A stretch of DNA of 51,989 bases from Leucoraja ocellata (Eukaryota): positions 1 through 51,989 of the forward strand of contig JAWMAR010004386.1 in assembly GCA_036785375.1 (NCBI GenBank), given 5' to 3'. The first letter of the stretch is position 1; every line of letters starts with the position of its first letter. The translations under genes were made by a program, and so were the position numbers. The notes under the pieces were generated by a model. It was not told the origin of the DNA. It saw only the letters and a list, made by a program, of their open reading frames with translations, and did not search any database. Below, one piece after another: positions 12,120 to 25,224 of the stretch.

Positions 12120-12604
12120 TCCTTTTATTCTAGACATTAACATTATATAATGCGTAATACTCCCCACGCAACGTAATTCCACCACAGTGAGTTATCTGGA
12201 TAGACACAAGATGATGGAGTAACGCAGCGGGACAGCCATGCTTCAGAGATGCTGCCTGTTCCGCTGTGTTACTCCAGCATCCTGTGTCTCTCATTGCTAC
12301 TTAAACCAGTATCTGCTGTTCCTTCATGATCTGAACACAGGTCTCACTCGGGCACCAGTTTTATCGCACGTCCCAATGAAACAATTGGTTGGCAGAGTAA
12401 ATGACGTCTGTGTTATGTACATACTCTGTGTTATGATGCTAATTGGACATTTCCTTGTCGTGTAAGAGGAGAAAATGGATAGAGGATAGACGGAATAGAA
12501 CTGAAGGGGTTACTCTCGCTGCCGGCATAGACTCAATGATGAGAACACATTCTCGGAACGAAAGTTGCAGTAATTAAACATGGAAGAGAAAGACACTTCA
12601 AAAC

Positions 12605-14105
12605 CAATAGACAATAGACAATAGGTGCAGGAGTAGGCCATTTGGCCCTTCGAGCCAACACCGCCATTCAAAGTGATCATGGCTGATCATCCCCAACCAG
12701 TACCCCGTTCCTGCCTTCTCCCCATATCCCCTGACTCCGCTATGTTTAATAGCCCCATCTAGCTGTCTCTCTTGAAAGTATCCAGAGATCCTGCTCCATC
12801 GCCCTCTGAGGCAGATAATTCCACAGACTCACAACTCTCTGTTCTCTAATGATCTGGATGAGGGAATTGAAGGCAATATCTCCAAGTTTGCGGATGACAC
12901 TAAGCTGGGGGGCAGTGTTAGGTGTGAGGAGGATGCTAGGAGACTGCAAGGTGACTTGGATAGGCTGGATGAGTGGGCAAATGTTTGGCAGATGCAGTTT
13001 AATGTGGATAAATGTGAGGTTATCCATTTTGGTGGCAAAAACGGGAAAGCAGATTATTATCTAAACGGTGGCCGATTGGGAAAGGGGGAGATGCAGCGAG
13101 ACCTGGGTGTCATGGTACACCAGTCATTGAAGGTAGGCATGCAGGTGCAGCAGGCAGTAAAGAAAGCGAATGGCATGTTGGCTTTCATAGCAAGAGGATT
13201 TGAGTATAGGAGCAGGGAGGTTCTACTGCAGTTGTATAGGGTCTTGGTGAGACCACACCTGGAGTATTGCGTGCAGTTTTGGTCTCCAAATCTGAGGAAG
13301 GACATTATTGCCATAGAGGGAGTGCAGAGAAGGTTCACCAGACTGATTCCTGGGATGTCAGGACTGTCTTATGAAGAAAGACTGGATAGACTTGGCTTAT
13401 ACTCTCTAGAGTTTAGGAGATTGAGAGGGGATCTTATAGAAACTTACAAAATTCTTAAGGGGTTGGACAGGCTAGATGCAGGAAGATTGTTTCCGATGTT
13501 GGGGAAGTCCAGGACAAGGTGTCACAGCTTAAGGATAAGGGGGAAATCCTTTAAAACCGAGATGAGGAGAACTTTTTTCACACAGAGAGTGGTGAATCTC
13601 TGGAACTCTCTGCCACAGCGGGTAGTTGAGGCCAGTTCGTTGGCTATATTTAAGAGGGAGTTAGATGTGGCCCTTATGGCCAAGGGGATCAGAGGGTATG
13701 GAGAAAAGGCAGGTACGGGATACTGAGTTGGATGATCAGCCATGATCATATTAAATGGCGGTGCAGGCTCGAAGGGCCGAATGGCCTACTCCTGCACCTA
13801 ATTTCTATGTTTCTATGTTTCTATGTTTCTAAATGGCTTACTCCGTATTCTTAAACTGTGGCCGCTGGTTCTGGATTCCCCCAACATCGGGAACATGTTT
13901 CCTGCCTCTAGTGTGTCCAAGCCTTTCACAATCTTATATGTTTCAATGGGATATCCTCGCATCCTTCTAAACTCCAGAGTGTACAAGCCCAGCTGATCCA
14001 TTCGCTCAGCATATGACAGTTCCGCCATCCCGGGAATTAACCTTGGTAAACCTGCGCTGCACTCCCTCAATAACAAGAATGTCCTTCCTCAAATTAGGGG
14101 ACCCA
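12605..14105 (-). mobile_element. CR1 3' fragment ((CAATAGA)n-tail subfamily) split by a younger CR1
   Basis: 12605-12847 and 13831-14105 are contiguous parts of one minus-strand element. Confidence 0.75.
12848..13830 (+). mobile_element. 5'-truncated young CR1 LINE with open RT C-terminal ORF
   Basis: KFADDTKL, RPHLEYCVQFW, RLRGDLIETYK; ORF 12956-13726; (TTTCTATG)n tail. Confidence 0.95.
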
Positions 14106-14126
14106 GTTCACAGATTCACTGAGATA

Positions 14127-15032
14127 TTAAAGGCACTTTATTGAATTAGAAAATAAAACGACATTATTTTTAATTACAGTTTTAAATTCTTCCCTGAATT
14201 TGTTCTGCGACAGTCCATAAATAAATGTGTTGGTGCAAGCGCTCAGACACCTGTGCATATACCCGGTCTGTTCTGCAATTGTAAATAGGTCTTTGTAATC
14301 TGTTGCGAGAAGCTGAACGTCCATGAAGTTGACACATGCAAAACACACGAAGGTAACCATTCACAATAGTACGAAGCTACCAGATATGGCCAGCAGTAGA
14401 ATAATGGACTTCCTCCTGTTCTCCACCTCTTGATCTGCGACACTTTCGTCAGTGTTGCTCCCGCGGAGACCGCTCCTCACTCTGTTGGCCTGTATAATGT
14501 GCCTGACTGTCAGAGTGTTGAGGAGGAGGATCAGTAGAAATGGCACAAGTGGGGTTATAATGGGTTCGACCGACCAAAATACTAACCAGACGGTAAGGTA
14601 AAGAAATCTGCGGTTAGGGTACAGGACCAAGATACATTGTCAATTATTTCTCGAGGTTTATAGGCAAAATACATCGGGACATTTTGAATAAAACTTAAGA
14701 TACACGTCGCTGCTATCACGAAAGCCGCCGTTTTCTCTGTGCAATATTTTGCTCGTATCTTCAGATTACAAATGGTGACAAATCGATCGAAGGTGAAAGC
14801 TACAGTTAAGCAGAGAAATCAATGGAAGTCATAATAATCACCATGATCAGACTACAAATGGGAGTTAAGTTCAGGAATGAATAGGGAATATAGCCATCAT
14901 TAATCTGGTAGAGAATTACCTCGAAGATCAGAACCATTAGATCAGCCACGGCCATGGATACCAGGTAGATGGTGATACATTTGGAGAGGCCACATTTTCC
15001 CCGGGAGAGAATGACGATTGCCAACAGGTTAG
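14127..15032 (-). pseudogene. GPR139/142-like GPCR pseudogene (main exon)
   Basis: NLLAIVILSRGKCGLSKC..MAVADLMVL; FTFDRFV; PFLLILLLN; NRRKSIILL; CTNTFIY..KFREE, split over frames 14806-15024, 14361-14630, 14127-14360; acceptor reads CAA instead of CAG (15035-15033). Confidence 0.88.
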
Positions 15033-16610
15033 TTGTAGAAAGTACGAAAATACATTTAGCAACATAGAATGTTCCAGGAGGACCTTAGTTGGGCATTTCT
15101 ATGCACGGAAGTGAACGGATTATCTCATTCTGCAACGTGTCTCATTTCATATCACAAACATTTCTGATTCTGAAACAAATATATTGAATATGCAATTCAC
15201 AAACTAGTAATTGGAAACATAGAAACATAGAAATTAGGTGCAGGAGTAGGCCATTCGGCCCTTCGAGCCTGCACCGCCATTCAATATGATCATGGATGAT
15301 CATCCAACTCAGTATCCCGTACCTGCCTTCTCTCCATACCCCCTAATCCCCTTAGCCACAAGGGCCACATCTAACTCCCTCTTAAATATAGCCAATGAAC
15401 TGGCCTCAACTACCCTCTGTGGCAGAGAGTTCCAGAGATTCACCACTCTCTGTGTGAAAAAAGGTTCTTCTCATCTCGGTTTTAAAGGATTTCCCCCTTA
15501 TCCTTAAGCTGTGACCCCTTGTCCTGGACTTCCCTAACATCGGGAACAATCTTCCTGCATCTAGACTGTCCAACCCCTTAAGAATTTTGTAAGTTTCTAT
15601 AAGATCCCCTCTCAATCTCCTAAATTCTAGAGAGTATAAACCAAGTCTATCCAATCTTTCTTCATAAGGCAGTCCTGACATCCCAGGAATCAGTCTGGTG
15701 AACCGTCTCTGCACTCCCTCTATGGCAATAATGTCCTTCCTCAGATTTGGAGACCAAAACTGTACGCAATACTCCAGGTGTGGTCTCACCATGACCCTGT
15801 ACAACTGCAGTAGAACCTCCCTGCTCCTATACTCAAATCCTTTTGCAATGAAAGCTAACATACCGTTCGCTTTCTTTACTGCCTGCTGCGCCTGCATGCC
15901 TACCTTCAATGACTGGTGTACCATGACACCCAGGTCTCGCTGCATCTCCCCCTTTCTCAATCGGCCACCATTTAGATAATAGTCTGCTTTCCCGTTTTTG
16001 CCACCAAAATGGATAACCTCACATTTATCCACATTATACTGCATCTGCCAAACATTTGCCCACTCACCCAGCCTATCCAAGTCACCTTGCAGTCTCCTAG
16101 CATCCTCCTCACTGGTAACACTGCCCCCCAGCTTAGTGTCATCCGCAAACTTGGAGATATTGCCTTTAATTCCCTCATCCAGATCATTCATATATATTGT
16201 AAATAGCTGGGGTCCCAGCACTTAGCCTTGCGGTACCCCACTTGTCACTGCCTGCCATTGTGAAAAGGACCGTTTACTCCTACTCTTTGCTTCCTGTTTG
16301 CCAGCCAGTTCTCTATCCACATCAATACTGAACCCCCAATGCCGTGTGCTTTAAGTTTGTATACTAATCTCTTATGTGGAACCTTGTCGAAAGCCTTCTG
16401 GAAGTCCAGATACACCACATCCACTGGTTCTCCCCTATCCACGCTACTAGTTACATCCTCGAAAAATTCTATAAGATTCGTCAGACATGATTTACCTTTC
16501 GTAAATCCATGCTGACTTTGTCCAATGATTTCACCACTTTACAAATGTGCTGCTATCCCATCTTTAATAACTGACTCTAGCAGTTTCCCCACTACCGATG
16601 TTAGACTAAC

Positions 16611-16838
16611 TTTGACTATGACTGGGGGGGGGGGGGGGGGGGGGGGGGGGGTGGGAGTGCAGTGGAGAGATAAGTTTATTTGGCCTTCCATCACAGCGAT
16701 GTGATGGATGTTTATTTTATGTAAATTATGTTGTGTCTTGGGTCTATGTGTTTGTAATGTATGGCTGCAGAAACGGCATTTCGTTTGGACCTCAAGGGGT
16801 CCAAAATGACAAATAAATGTATCTTGTATCTTGTATCT
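16611..16838 (+). mobile_element. Short retroposon fragment inserted in CR1 ORF2
   Basis: Interrupts NYRP-VSLTS relative to the copy at ~43820; ends gacaaataaat(gtatctt)n. Confidence 0.7.
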
Positions 16839-18556
16839 GTAATTCCCCATTTTCTCTCTCCCTCCCTTCTTAAAAAGTGGGGTTACGTTTGCTACCCGCC
16901 AATCTTCAGGAACTACTACAGAATCTAAAGAGTTTTGAAAGATTATTACTAATGCATTCACTATTTCTGGAGATACTTCCTTAAGTATTCTGGGATGCAG
17001 CCTATCTGGCCCTGGGGATTTATCGGCCTTTAATCCATTCAATTTACCCAACACCACTTCCCGGCTAATCTGAATTTCACTCAATTCCTCCAACTCCTTT
17101 GACCCGCGGTCCCCTGCTAATTCCGGCAAATTATTTATGTCTTCCTTAGTGAAGACGGAACCAAAGTAGTTATTCAATTGGTCCGCCATATCCTTGTTCC
17201 CCATGATCAACTCACCTGTTTCTGACTGCAAGGGACCTACATTTGTTTTAACTGATCTTTTTTTTTCACATATCTATAAAAACGTTTACAGTCAGTTTTT
17301 TATGTTACCTACCAGTTTTCTTTCATAATCTATTTTTCCTTTCCTAATTAAGCCCTTTGTCCTCCTCTGCTGGTCTTTGAATTTCTCCCAGTCCTCCGGT
17401 ATGCTGCTTGTTCTGGCTAATTTGTACGCATCATCCTCCGCTTTGATACTATCCCTGATTTCCCTTGTTATCCATGGATGTACTACCTTCCCTGATTTAT
17501 TCTTTTGCCAAACTGGGATGAACAATTTTTGTAGTTCATCCATACAGTCTTTAAATGTCTTCCATTGCATATCCACCGTCAACCCTTCTAGAATTAATTG
17601 CCAGTCAATCTTGGCCAATTCACGTCTCATACCCTCAAAGTTACCTTTCTTTAAGTTCAGAACCATTGTTTCCGAATTAACAATGTCACTCTCCATCCTA
17701 ATGAAGAACTCAACCATATTATGGTCACTCTTGCCCAAGGGGGCACGGACAACAAGATTGCTAACTTACCCTTCCTCATTACTCAATACGCAGTCTAAAA
17801 TAGCCAGCTCTCTCGTTGGTTCCTCTACATGTTGATTTAGATAACTATCCACCATACATTCCAAGAAATCCTGTTCCTCAGCACCCCTGCTAATTTGATT
17901 CACCCAATCTATATGTAGATTGAAGTCACCCATTATAACTGCTTTGCCTTTGTCGCACGCATTTCTAATTTCCTGTTTGATACCATCTCCAACTTCACTA
18001 CTATTGTTAGGTGGCCTGTACACAACACCCACCAGCGATTTCTGCCCCTTAGTGTTTTGCAGCTCTACCCATACCGATTCCACATCCTCCAAACTAATGT
18101 CCTCCCTTTCCATTGCATTAATCCCCTCTCTAATCAGTAACGCTACCCCTCCTCATTTTCCTTTCTGTCTATCCCTCCTGAATATTGAATATCCCTGGAT
18201 GTTCAGCTCCCAGCCTTGGTCACCCTGGAGCCATGTCTCCGTGATCCCCACTATAATCATTAATAGCTATCTGCACATTCAACTCATCCACCTTATTACG
18301 AATGCTCCTTACATTGAGACACAAAGCCTTCAGGCTTGTTTTTACAACACTCTTACACCTTATACACTATTTTGAAAAGTGGCCCTTTTTGATTTTTGCC
18401 CTGGTTTTGTCTGCCTGCCACTTTTACTTTTCACCTTGCTACCTATTTCATCTACCCTCATTTTACACCCCTCGGTCTCTACGCTCACACATTTAAGAAA
18501 CCCTTTCCCTTTAACTCCATCCTCCACTATCCCAATAGACACCCCACCCCCCTTAT

Positions 18557-19474
18557 TCAGTTTAAAGCCACCCGTGTAGCAGTGGCAAACCTGCCTGCCA
18601 GAATGCTGGTCCCACACCTGTTAAGATGCAATCCGTCCCTTTTGTACAGTTCCCCCTTACCCCAAAACAGATCCCAGTGATCTAAGAATCTAAATCCCTG
18701 CCCCGTGCACCAGTTGCTCAGCCACGCGTTCAGGTCCCGTATCTCCCTGTTCCTGCTCTCGCCAGCACGGGGAACTGGAAGCAAACCGGAGATAACAACC
18801 CTGGAGGTCCTGCTTTTCAACATTTTTCCGAGCTCTCTAAAGTCACGCTGCAGAATATTCATCCCCTTTTTTCCGACGTCGTTTGTGCCGACATGCACTA
18901 CCACTTCCGGATATTCACCTTCGCCCTTGAGGATTGTCTGCACTCTGTCCGTGACATCCTGGATCCTGGCACCGGGAAGGCAGCACACCATCCTCGCATC
19001 CCGTCTGTTGGCGCAGAAACCCCTGTCCGTACCTCTCACGATGGAGTCTCCCACTACAATGGCCTTGCCTGTCTTAGGCCTTTTTAGTTTTGGCTCAACA
19101 GCCCTATTCGCATCACAGGCCAGTCCGCCACTCACGTCTTCTGTCCCAACAGCTTCTAAGCGGATGAACCCGTTTACAAGAGGTACACCACCCGGGGACG
19201 TTGGCATTCCATGCTTCCCTCCCTTTCTCACTGTCTCCCACCTTCTCTCTTCCAGTACCTTAGGTGTAACAATCGTACTGTAAGACTTGTCGAGGAACGA
19301 CTCCGTTTCTCGTACGAACCGGAGGTCATCCACTTGCTTCTCCAGTTCCCCAACATGGCCCTTCAGGAGCTCTACCTGGATGCATGTTTCGCATTTGCAG
19401 CAGCCAGAGGCACCAGCGGTGTCCTTGACCTCCCACATACTGCAAGCATCACACTGAATCAGCTTGCCTGACAT
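18557..19474 (-). CDS. CR1 ORF1p (Cys-rich zinc finger, coiled coil, SGNH esterase), intact 305 aa
   Basis: CxxC..CxxC, VGDSIVRG, PGA, GTND, DGLH motifs. Confidence 0.9.
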   Translation of the reverse strand: MSGKLIQCDACSMWEVKDTAGASGCCKCETCIQVELLKGHVGELEKQVDDLRFVRETESFLDKSYSTIVTPKVLEERRWETVRKGGKHGMPTSPGGVPLVNGFIRLEAVGTEDVSGGLACDANRAVEPKLKRPKTGKAIVVGDSIVRGTDRGFCANRRDARMVCCLPGARIQDVTDRVQTILKGEGEYPEVVVHVGTNDVGKKGMNILQRDFRELGKMLKSRTSRVVISGLLPVPRAGESRNREIRDLNAWLSNWCTGQGFRFLDHWDLFWGKGELYKRDGLHLNRCGTSILAGRFATATRVALN

Positions 19475-19999
19475 CTCCTTCTTTCGTATCTACCTCTTAA
19501 GCGTATTGCGTGGTCTCCTCTCCTCAGCCTCCTCGCCGAAGACTCTCGAGGCAAAGACTCACACTTTTCACACATTGCACTTCCCTCACTAGGCCGCTCA
19601 CTCACTGTCGCTCGCAAAGAGCTGTCCTGCTTAAATTGACTGATAAATTGCCTGATTTACCAATTTCCAAAGCAAATTCCTCAGTTTTCAACTGTTTTCA
19701 CCCGTCTCCTCCCACTTGGGCTAGAGCCAATCAGTCGTATCTCTTGCTAATCTGTTGCTGCTGTTGTTCCTCCCAAATCTACAGCAATTACCACCATTCT
19801 GCGGCGAACTACATCAGGAGAAACGGACTCTACCCGCATCATCATTTATCATATTTATCGTGAGATCCCGCCTGACAAGCAGAGTTACTCGAACATTTTC
19901 TGCTTAACTTCCGCCGAGGTCATTACCGGATTCACTGACTCAGGGGGTACCGTGGTTTTAAAATTAAGTCTGACGGTTTTAGTAATTTGTCCATACGTT

Positions 20000-21320
20000 C
20001 TAGGAGAAGAGTAGAGCCATTCGGCCCATCGACTACTCCTCTATATAATCATGGGTGGTTTATCTTTCCGTCGCCCCATAACTCATGGCACCCTTATTAA
20101 TCAGAAAGTATGTCAATCCCAGCCTTAAAAATATATGATGACGGCCTCCAAAGCCAAAGTGGCCACGAATTCCCCAGATTCACTAACACTCTACACAACC
20201 CCCACTCACTCTTATCTCATGTCTTCGTCCTTTACGTCCTTTAATCCTGTGGCTGTGGAATTTGGTCCTAGAATCCCCCACAGCTGGAAACATCCTCGAC
20301 ACATCCACTATATCCATGCCGTTCACTATTTAGCTAGTTTCAATGAGGGACCCCCTCAGGCTTCTAAACTAATGCGTGTGCAGGCCCAGTGTCTTCAAAC
20401 GCTCATGTTAACCCGATCATTCCTGGGAACATTCTAGTAAACCTCCTCTAGACACTCTCCACTGCCAACACTTCCTTCCTCAGATATGGCACACAGATCT
20501 GCTCACAATACTCCAAATGCGGCATGACCAATGCCTTATTAATCCTTAGCATGATATCGATATTTTGGAATCGTAGCCCTCTCGAAATAAATGCGTGTAT
20601 TGCACTCGCCTTCCTTACTACGAATTCAACTTGTAAACGTTTGGTGAAATCCTGCACCAATACTCTCAAGTCCTTTCCCACCTCCATTTTTTTTCAATTC
20701 TCTCCCTATAGGCGGAGTACATGCCTTTATTCCTACTACTAAAATGCACGACTCCGTATTTTGATACCCGGTATTTAATTTGCCATTCCTCAGCAAACTC
20801 TCCCAACCTATCAAAGTCCTTTTGCAGAGGCCCCGTTATCTCTACACAACCTGCCCATCCACCTATGTATCATCCGTAAGCTTGGCCACAAAGCCTTGTA
20901 TCTCCTCGGCCAAATCATTAGTACACAACGTGAAGAGTAGCGGCTTCAGCTCCGACCCCAGCGGAACTCCGCCAGTCACTGTCAGCCACCCAGAAAAAGT
21001 TCCATTTATTTCCATTCTCTGTCTTCTGCTATTCAGCCAAACTGCTACTCATGATAGTATCTTCCATCCAATACCGTGTTGTCTCAACCTTAGTATCAGT
21101 CTCACCTACGACATCTTATCAAAGGCCTTAGGGAACTACAGGTAAGTTACATCCGATGGCGTTCCTTCGTCCATCCTGCTATGTACTTCTTCAAGGAATT
21201 CCAACAGGTTCGTCACGGAGATCTGCCATTCACAAAACAATGTTGATTTCGGCCTATTTTATCGTGTGCTGCTAAGAATTCAGAAACTTCGTCTTATGAG
21301 GAAGTCTAAAATCTTTCCAA
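20000..21320 (-). mobile_element. Older degenerate CR1 ORF2 fragment
   Basis: ALVMPHLEYCEQ, decayed RT motifs, many stops. Confidence 0.75.
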
Positions 21321-21559
21321 CAGTTCAATCAATTCAGAGCAATTGTGACTTCTTGTTCACAGATGAATGTGGTGCGTAAATAATATCGTCTAATTGGCTG
21401 TATTGGACTCCAGCGTCATACCTTATGTTAAATCCTTCAATCTGCAGACAGAACTGAGCATCAGCGTTAACACAAAGAGCGTTAGATGATTATCCTAGTT
21501 CTAATGTATTGGATATAGATGTAGCTGTAAATCGCATCGAGATGTATTTCACAGGCTTA

Positions 21560-23670
21560 CATTCATCAGCATCAGTTGCAGATTGATTAGTTGCATATTT
21601 TACCAGTAAAGGCTAGACGGCGACATTTCGGTAGAGGTCTTGGTTTGGTGTAGGTCTTGCAATCTATGTCGAGCTGACCATTTAACATTTTGTAAAAACT
21701 AGGTCAAACGGTGAACTTCACGTGTGTCTGTTTTGGAAAGGGTTCCACCACAGATAATTCAGAAGTTTGGTGACACTTGCTTCTCTCTCACAGGTGTTAG
21801 TAATAAATCGAGCTGCCTGTCTTTGGACACGTTCGATGGATGAAATGTTTTTATTTGTGTATGGGTCCCATGCTGCAACTGCGTAGTCCAAATGAGGTCT
21901 AACGAGGGTGAAATATAGCTTCTCCGTGACAGAAGTTGAACAATGATGAAAGTTGCGCCTCAGGAAGTTTAGGACACCTGTTGCTTTCACCGTTGCATGA
22001 TGAGTCTGACCATTCCAACATAGATCATTCTGTAATTTGATGCCAAGATACTTGGTTTGTTTGGATTCTTCAAGGGTGACACCAAATATGTTGTAAGATG
22101 TTTCGCCTGGATTCCACTTTCTGGTGACATGCATGGTTTCACATTTGGAAGGGTTGAACTGCATGCCCCATTGTTGTGACCACTCAACCATAGTATCGAG
22201 ATCCTTTTGGAGAGCATCTTCATCATCAGCTGACTTAATTGGACGGTACAGCAAACAATCACCAGCGAATAGTCTGGTTGTACTTGCGACCTTTTCCATG
22301 GATGTCATTTATGTAAAACAAAAATAGGTGTGGGCCACGTACTGTGTCCTGAGGTGTACCACTCAACACTGGATGCCAATTGGAGCTATTACCGTTCACA
22401 CACACACGCTGAAGACGTTTTTTCAGGAAACTGGAAATCCATCGTTTCGTGTTGGTACGAATACCATAGAAGTCAAACTTCCGAAGCAGTCTCTGGTGTG
22501 GGATGGCATCAAATGCTTTAGAATAGTCGAGCACAACTAAATCCGTGATGCCGTTACTGTCAAGATGTTTGGCCAGGTCATTTGTCATCAGGATAAGCTG
22601 AGACTCGCATGATCTATGCCTCCTGAATGCATGTTGGTTGTCGTCAAGAATGTTATGTTTGCTCACGTGACGCATCAGAATACTATCAATGATATGCTCC
22701 AGCAATTTGCAGCAAGTACTTGTTAATGAAACAGGACGACAATTCGCTGGGTTGGTGGTTGAACCCTTCTTAAAGAGAGGATTGATGTTGTCCTTCCTCC
22801 AATCCAGCGGAACATCACCCGAGTCAAGCGATAGTTGGAAAATGAACTGCAAAACTGGAGCCAGTTCTTAGGCTGCGATCTTGAGGGCTTGATTCTATAT
22901 CTGATCTGGTCCAATTGCTTTTGTGGTATTGATGCTGAGCAATAACCTCTCGACACCTTCAACCTCAATTTTAATAGCAGGCATATCAGTATAGGACTGG
23001 AAATGGTGAAGGCTCCACATCTTCCCGGGTGAAAACGTGTTGAAATTGGTTTGCAAGAGCTTCTGCTTTCGCCTGGTCCTCAGTGATCAGACAGTTGTTC
23101 ACTTTAAGCATCTGGACACCAGTGTTGTCTGTCCGTCTGGATTCCACATATCTCCAAAAAGCCTTGGGTTGCTCTCCCCCAAGATTAGAAGAAACATGTT
23201 GTCTATGAGCACTCCTAATTGCACGATCGACTTCCTTTCCCACTCTAGTAAAGTTGTCCCAGTCCAGTGTTGTACCCCTTTTATTGGCGCCGATATAAAA
23301 CTTCTCTTTCTTACAGCAGAGACGTTTCAGTTTTGCCGAAAACCAAGGAGGACGCACACGGCCCTTAATTAGTATTTGAGGACCATGATTTGTAACAATA
23401 TTATTGAAGGAGTTTTTCAGCCACACCCAGTTGTCATTTACGGATCTTTTATCTGGTTGAAGGTTGAAGAAATATTTTCCCCGTTTTTTTGCTAAGACTT
23501 TAAATTCCTCGCTGTTCATTTTTTTCCCCAGAGGGAAATGTTACGCGGTGGGTTTGAAGGAACTTTAAGCTTTAAGTGCAGTTTTGCTGGGATAATATAA
23601 TGATCGCTAATTCCAGCACACGATGAAACTTCCGAAATTAAATCTGGGTGTGAAGTGAACAGTAAACGCT
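21560..23670 (-). mobile_element. Divergent CR1-group LINE ORF2 (invertebrate-like), degenerate
   Basis: RPVSLTSTCCKLLEHII, RSCESQL, LDYSKAFD, LFAGDCLLYRPI, RPHLDYAVAAWDPY in ORFs 21718-22308, 22259-22852, 22986-23519. Confidence 0.85.
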
Positions 23671-23689
23671 TGACTGATGAGGGCAGCGG

Positions 23690-24580
23690 AGTGAATGCAG
23701 GTGTAACATGATTACATCAGGGAGGAATGTGGAGAGTGTCAACTATCTGGAGACGCGGCGGGTGTGACGGTAGCCGCCCGCCCCCCCCCCCCTCACACGG
23801 ACACCTCCTGGCCGTTGTTGCCGGTGATGAAAACCACGGATGAGGGAAGGGTCCAGGATGTCACGGGCAGGGATCCAGCTCCTCTCCTCTGGTCCGTTGC
23901 CCTCCCAGTCAATCAGGTAGTGGATCCCTCTGCCACGCCGCCGGGCCTTCAGCAGCCGCTTAGCCATGTACACGGGGCCACCGTCAATGATGCGGGCTGG
24001 CGGATGTAGCACAGGAGCGGGACACAGGGAGCTGGATGATTCACGCTTAACCCGGGATACATCGAGGTGGGGTGAATACACATAGACCGGGGCAGTCTAA
24101 GGCGGACAGCAGAGCGGTTGATGACTCTGAGAACAATGAATGGACCAATACACCGGGCGCCAACTTACTGGACTCAACGCGGAGGACGAGGTCTCGGGTG
24201 GACAAGCAGACCCTCTGCCCAGGGCGGTAGCGAGGGACAGGGGTCCGGTGATGATCCGCCCGCCGTCTATACCTGGAAACGGTGCGGAGCAGAACAGAAC
24301 GGGCCTCCCTCCAGGTCTGACGACCGCGGCGCACAAACCGCTGGGCAGAGGGAACGGAGACCTTCTCCTCTTGGTCTGGGAACAGAGGTGGCTGGTAACC
24401 TCGGGAGCAGTGGGATGGAGACAGACCGGTGGCAGAACCGGGCCCGGAATTGTGGACATGTTCAATCCACACCAACTTACTGGACCAGGAGGTAGGATTG
24501 GCGGACACCGGGCAATGTAGTGTGGTCTCTGGGTCCTGATGTCTCTCTCCGGCTGGCCATTAGATTGTGTATGGAACATA
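23690..24580 (-). mobile_element. Chromovirus (sushi-like Gypsy) fragment: integrase C-terminus, chromodomain, PPT, start of LTR
   Basis: [37 protein letters not shown] chromodomain; G-rich tract ~23775-23792. Confidence 0.85.
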
Positions 24581-24582
24581 CA

Positions 24583-25050
24583 CATAGAAACATAGAAAAT
24601 AGGTACGGGGGTAGGTCATTCGGCCCTTCGAGCCTGCACCGCCATTCAATATGATCATGTTTGATCATCCAACTCAGTATCCTGTACCTGCCTTCTCTCC
24701 ATATCCCCTGATCCCTTTAGCCACAAGGGCCACATCTAACTTCCTCTTAAATATAGCCAATGAACTGGCCTCGGCTACCTTCTGTGGCAGAGAATTCCAC
24801 AGATTCACCACTCTCTGTGTAAAAAATGATTTTCTCATCTCGGTTCTGAAAAACTTCCCTCTTATCCTTAAACTGTGACCACTAGTTCTGGACTTCCCCA
24901 AAATCGGGAACAATCTTCCTGCATCTAGCCTGTCCAACCCCTTAAGAATGTTGTAAGTTTCTATAAGATCCCCCTCAATCTTCTAAATTCTAGTGAGTAC
25001 AAGCCGAGTCTATCCAGTCTTTCTTCATATGAAAGTCCTGCCAATCCAGA
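24583..25050 (-). mobile_element. CR1 LINE 3' fragment
   Basis: ORF 24674-24937 and (CATAGAAA)n tail. Confidence 0.9.
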
Positions 25051-25224
25051 AGAGAGGCTGACGGAGGAGCCAACTAGGGAGCAGAAAGCTTTCCAGATAC
25101 AAGACCGAAGATAGGCACACAATGCTGGAGTAACTGATCCGTTCAAGCAGCGTCTGTGGAGAGAAGGAATGACGGTCGCTTCGGGTCGACACCGTCTGAA
25201 GAATTGTGGAATTGCGTATGGAAT

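Larger units (their letters stand above)
15214..19770 (-). mobile_element. Near full-length CR1 LINE (5' UTR, ORF1, frameshifted ORF2, 3' UTR, (GAAACATA)n tail)
   Basis: APE motifs (VVYRPP, MGDFN, SDH) and RT motifs (YLDFQKAFD, FADD); 5' boundary approximate. Confidence 0.93.

Noticed and set aside
18557-19474. Host SGNH esterase gene
   Set aside because: It is the standard ORF1 of a CR1 LINE, directly upstream of ORF2
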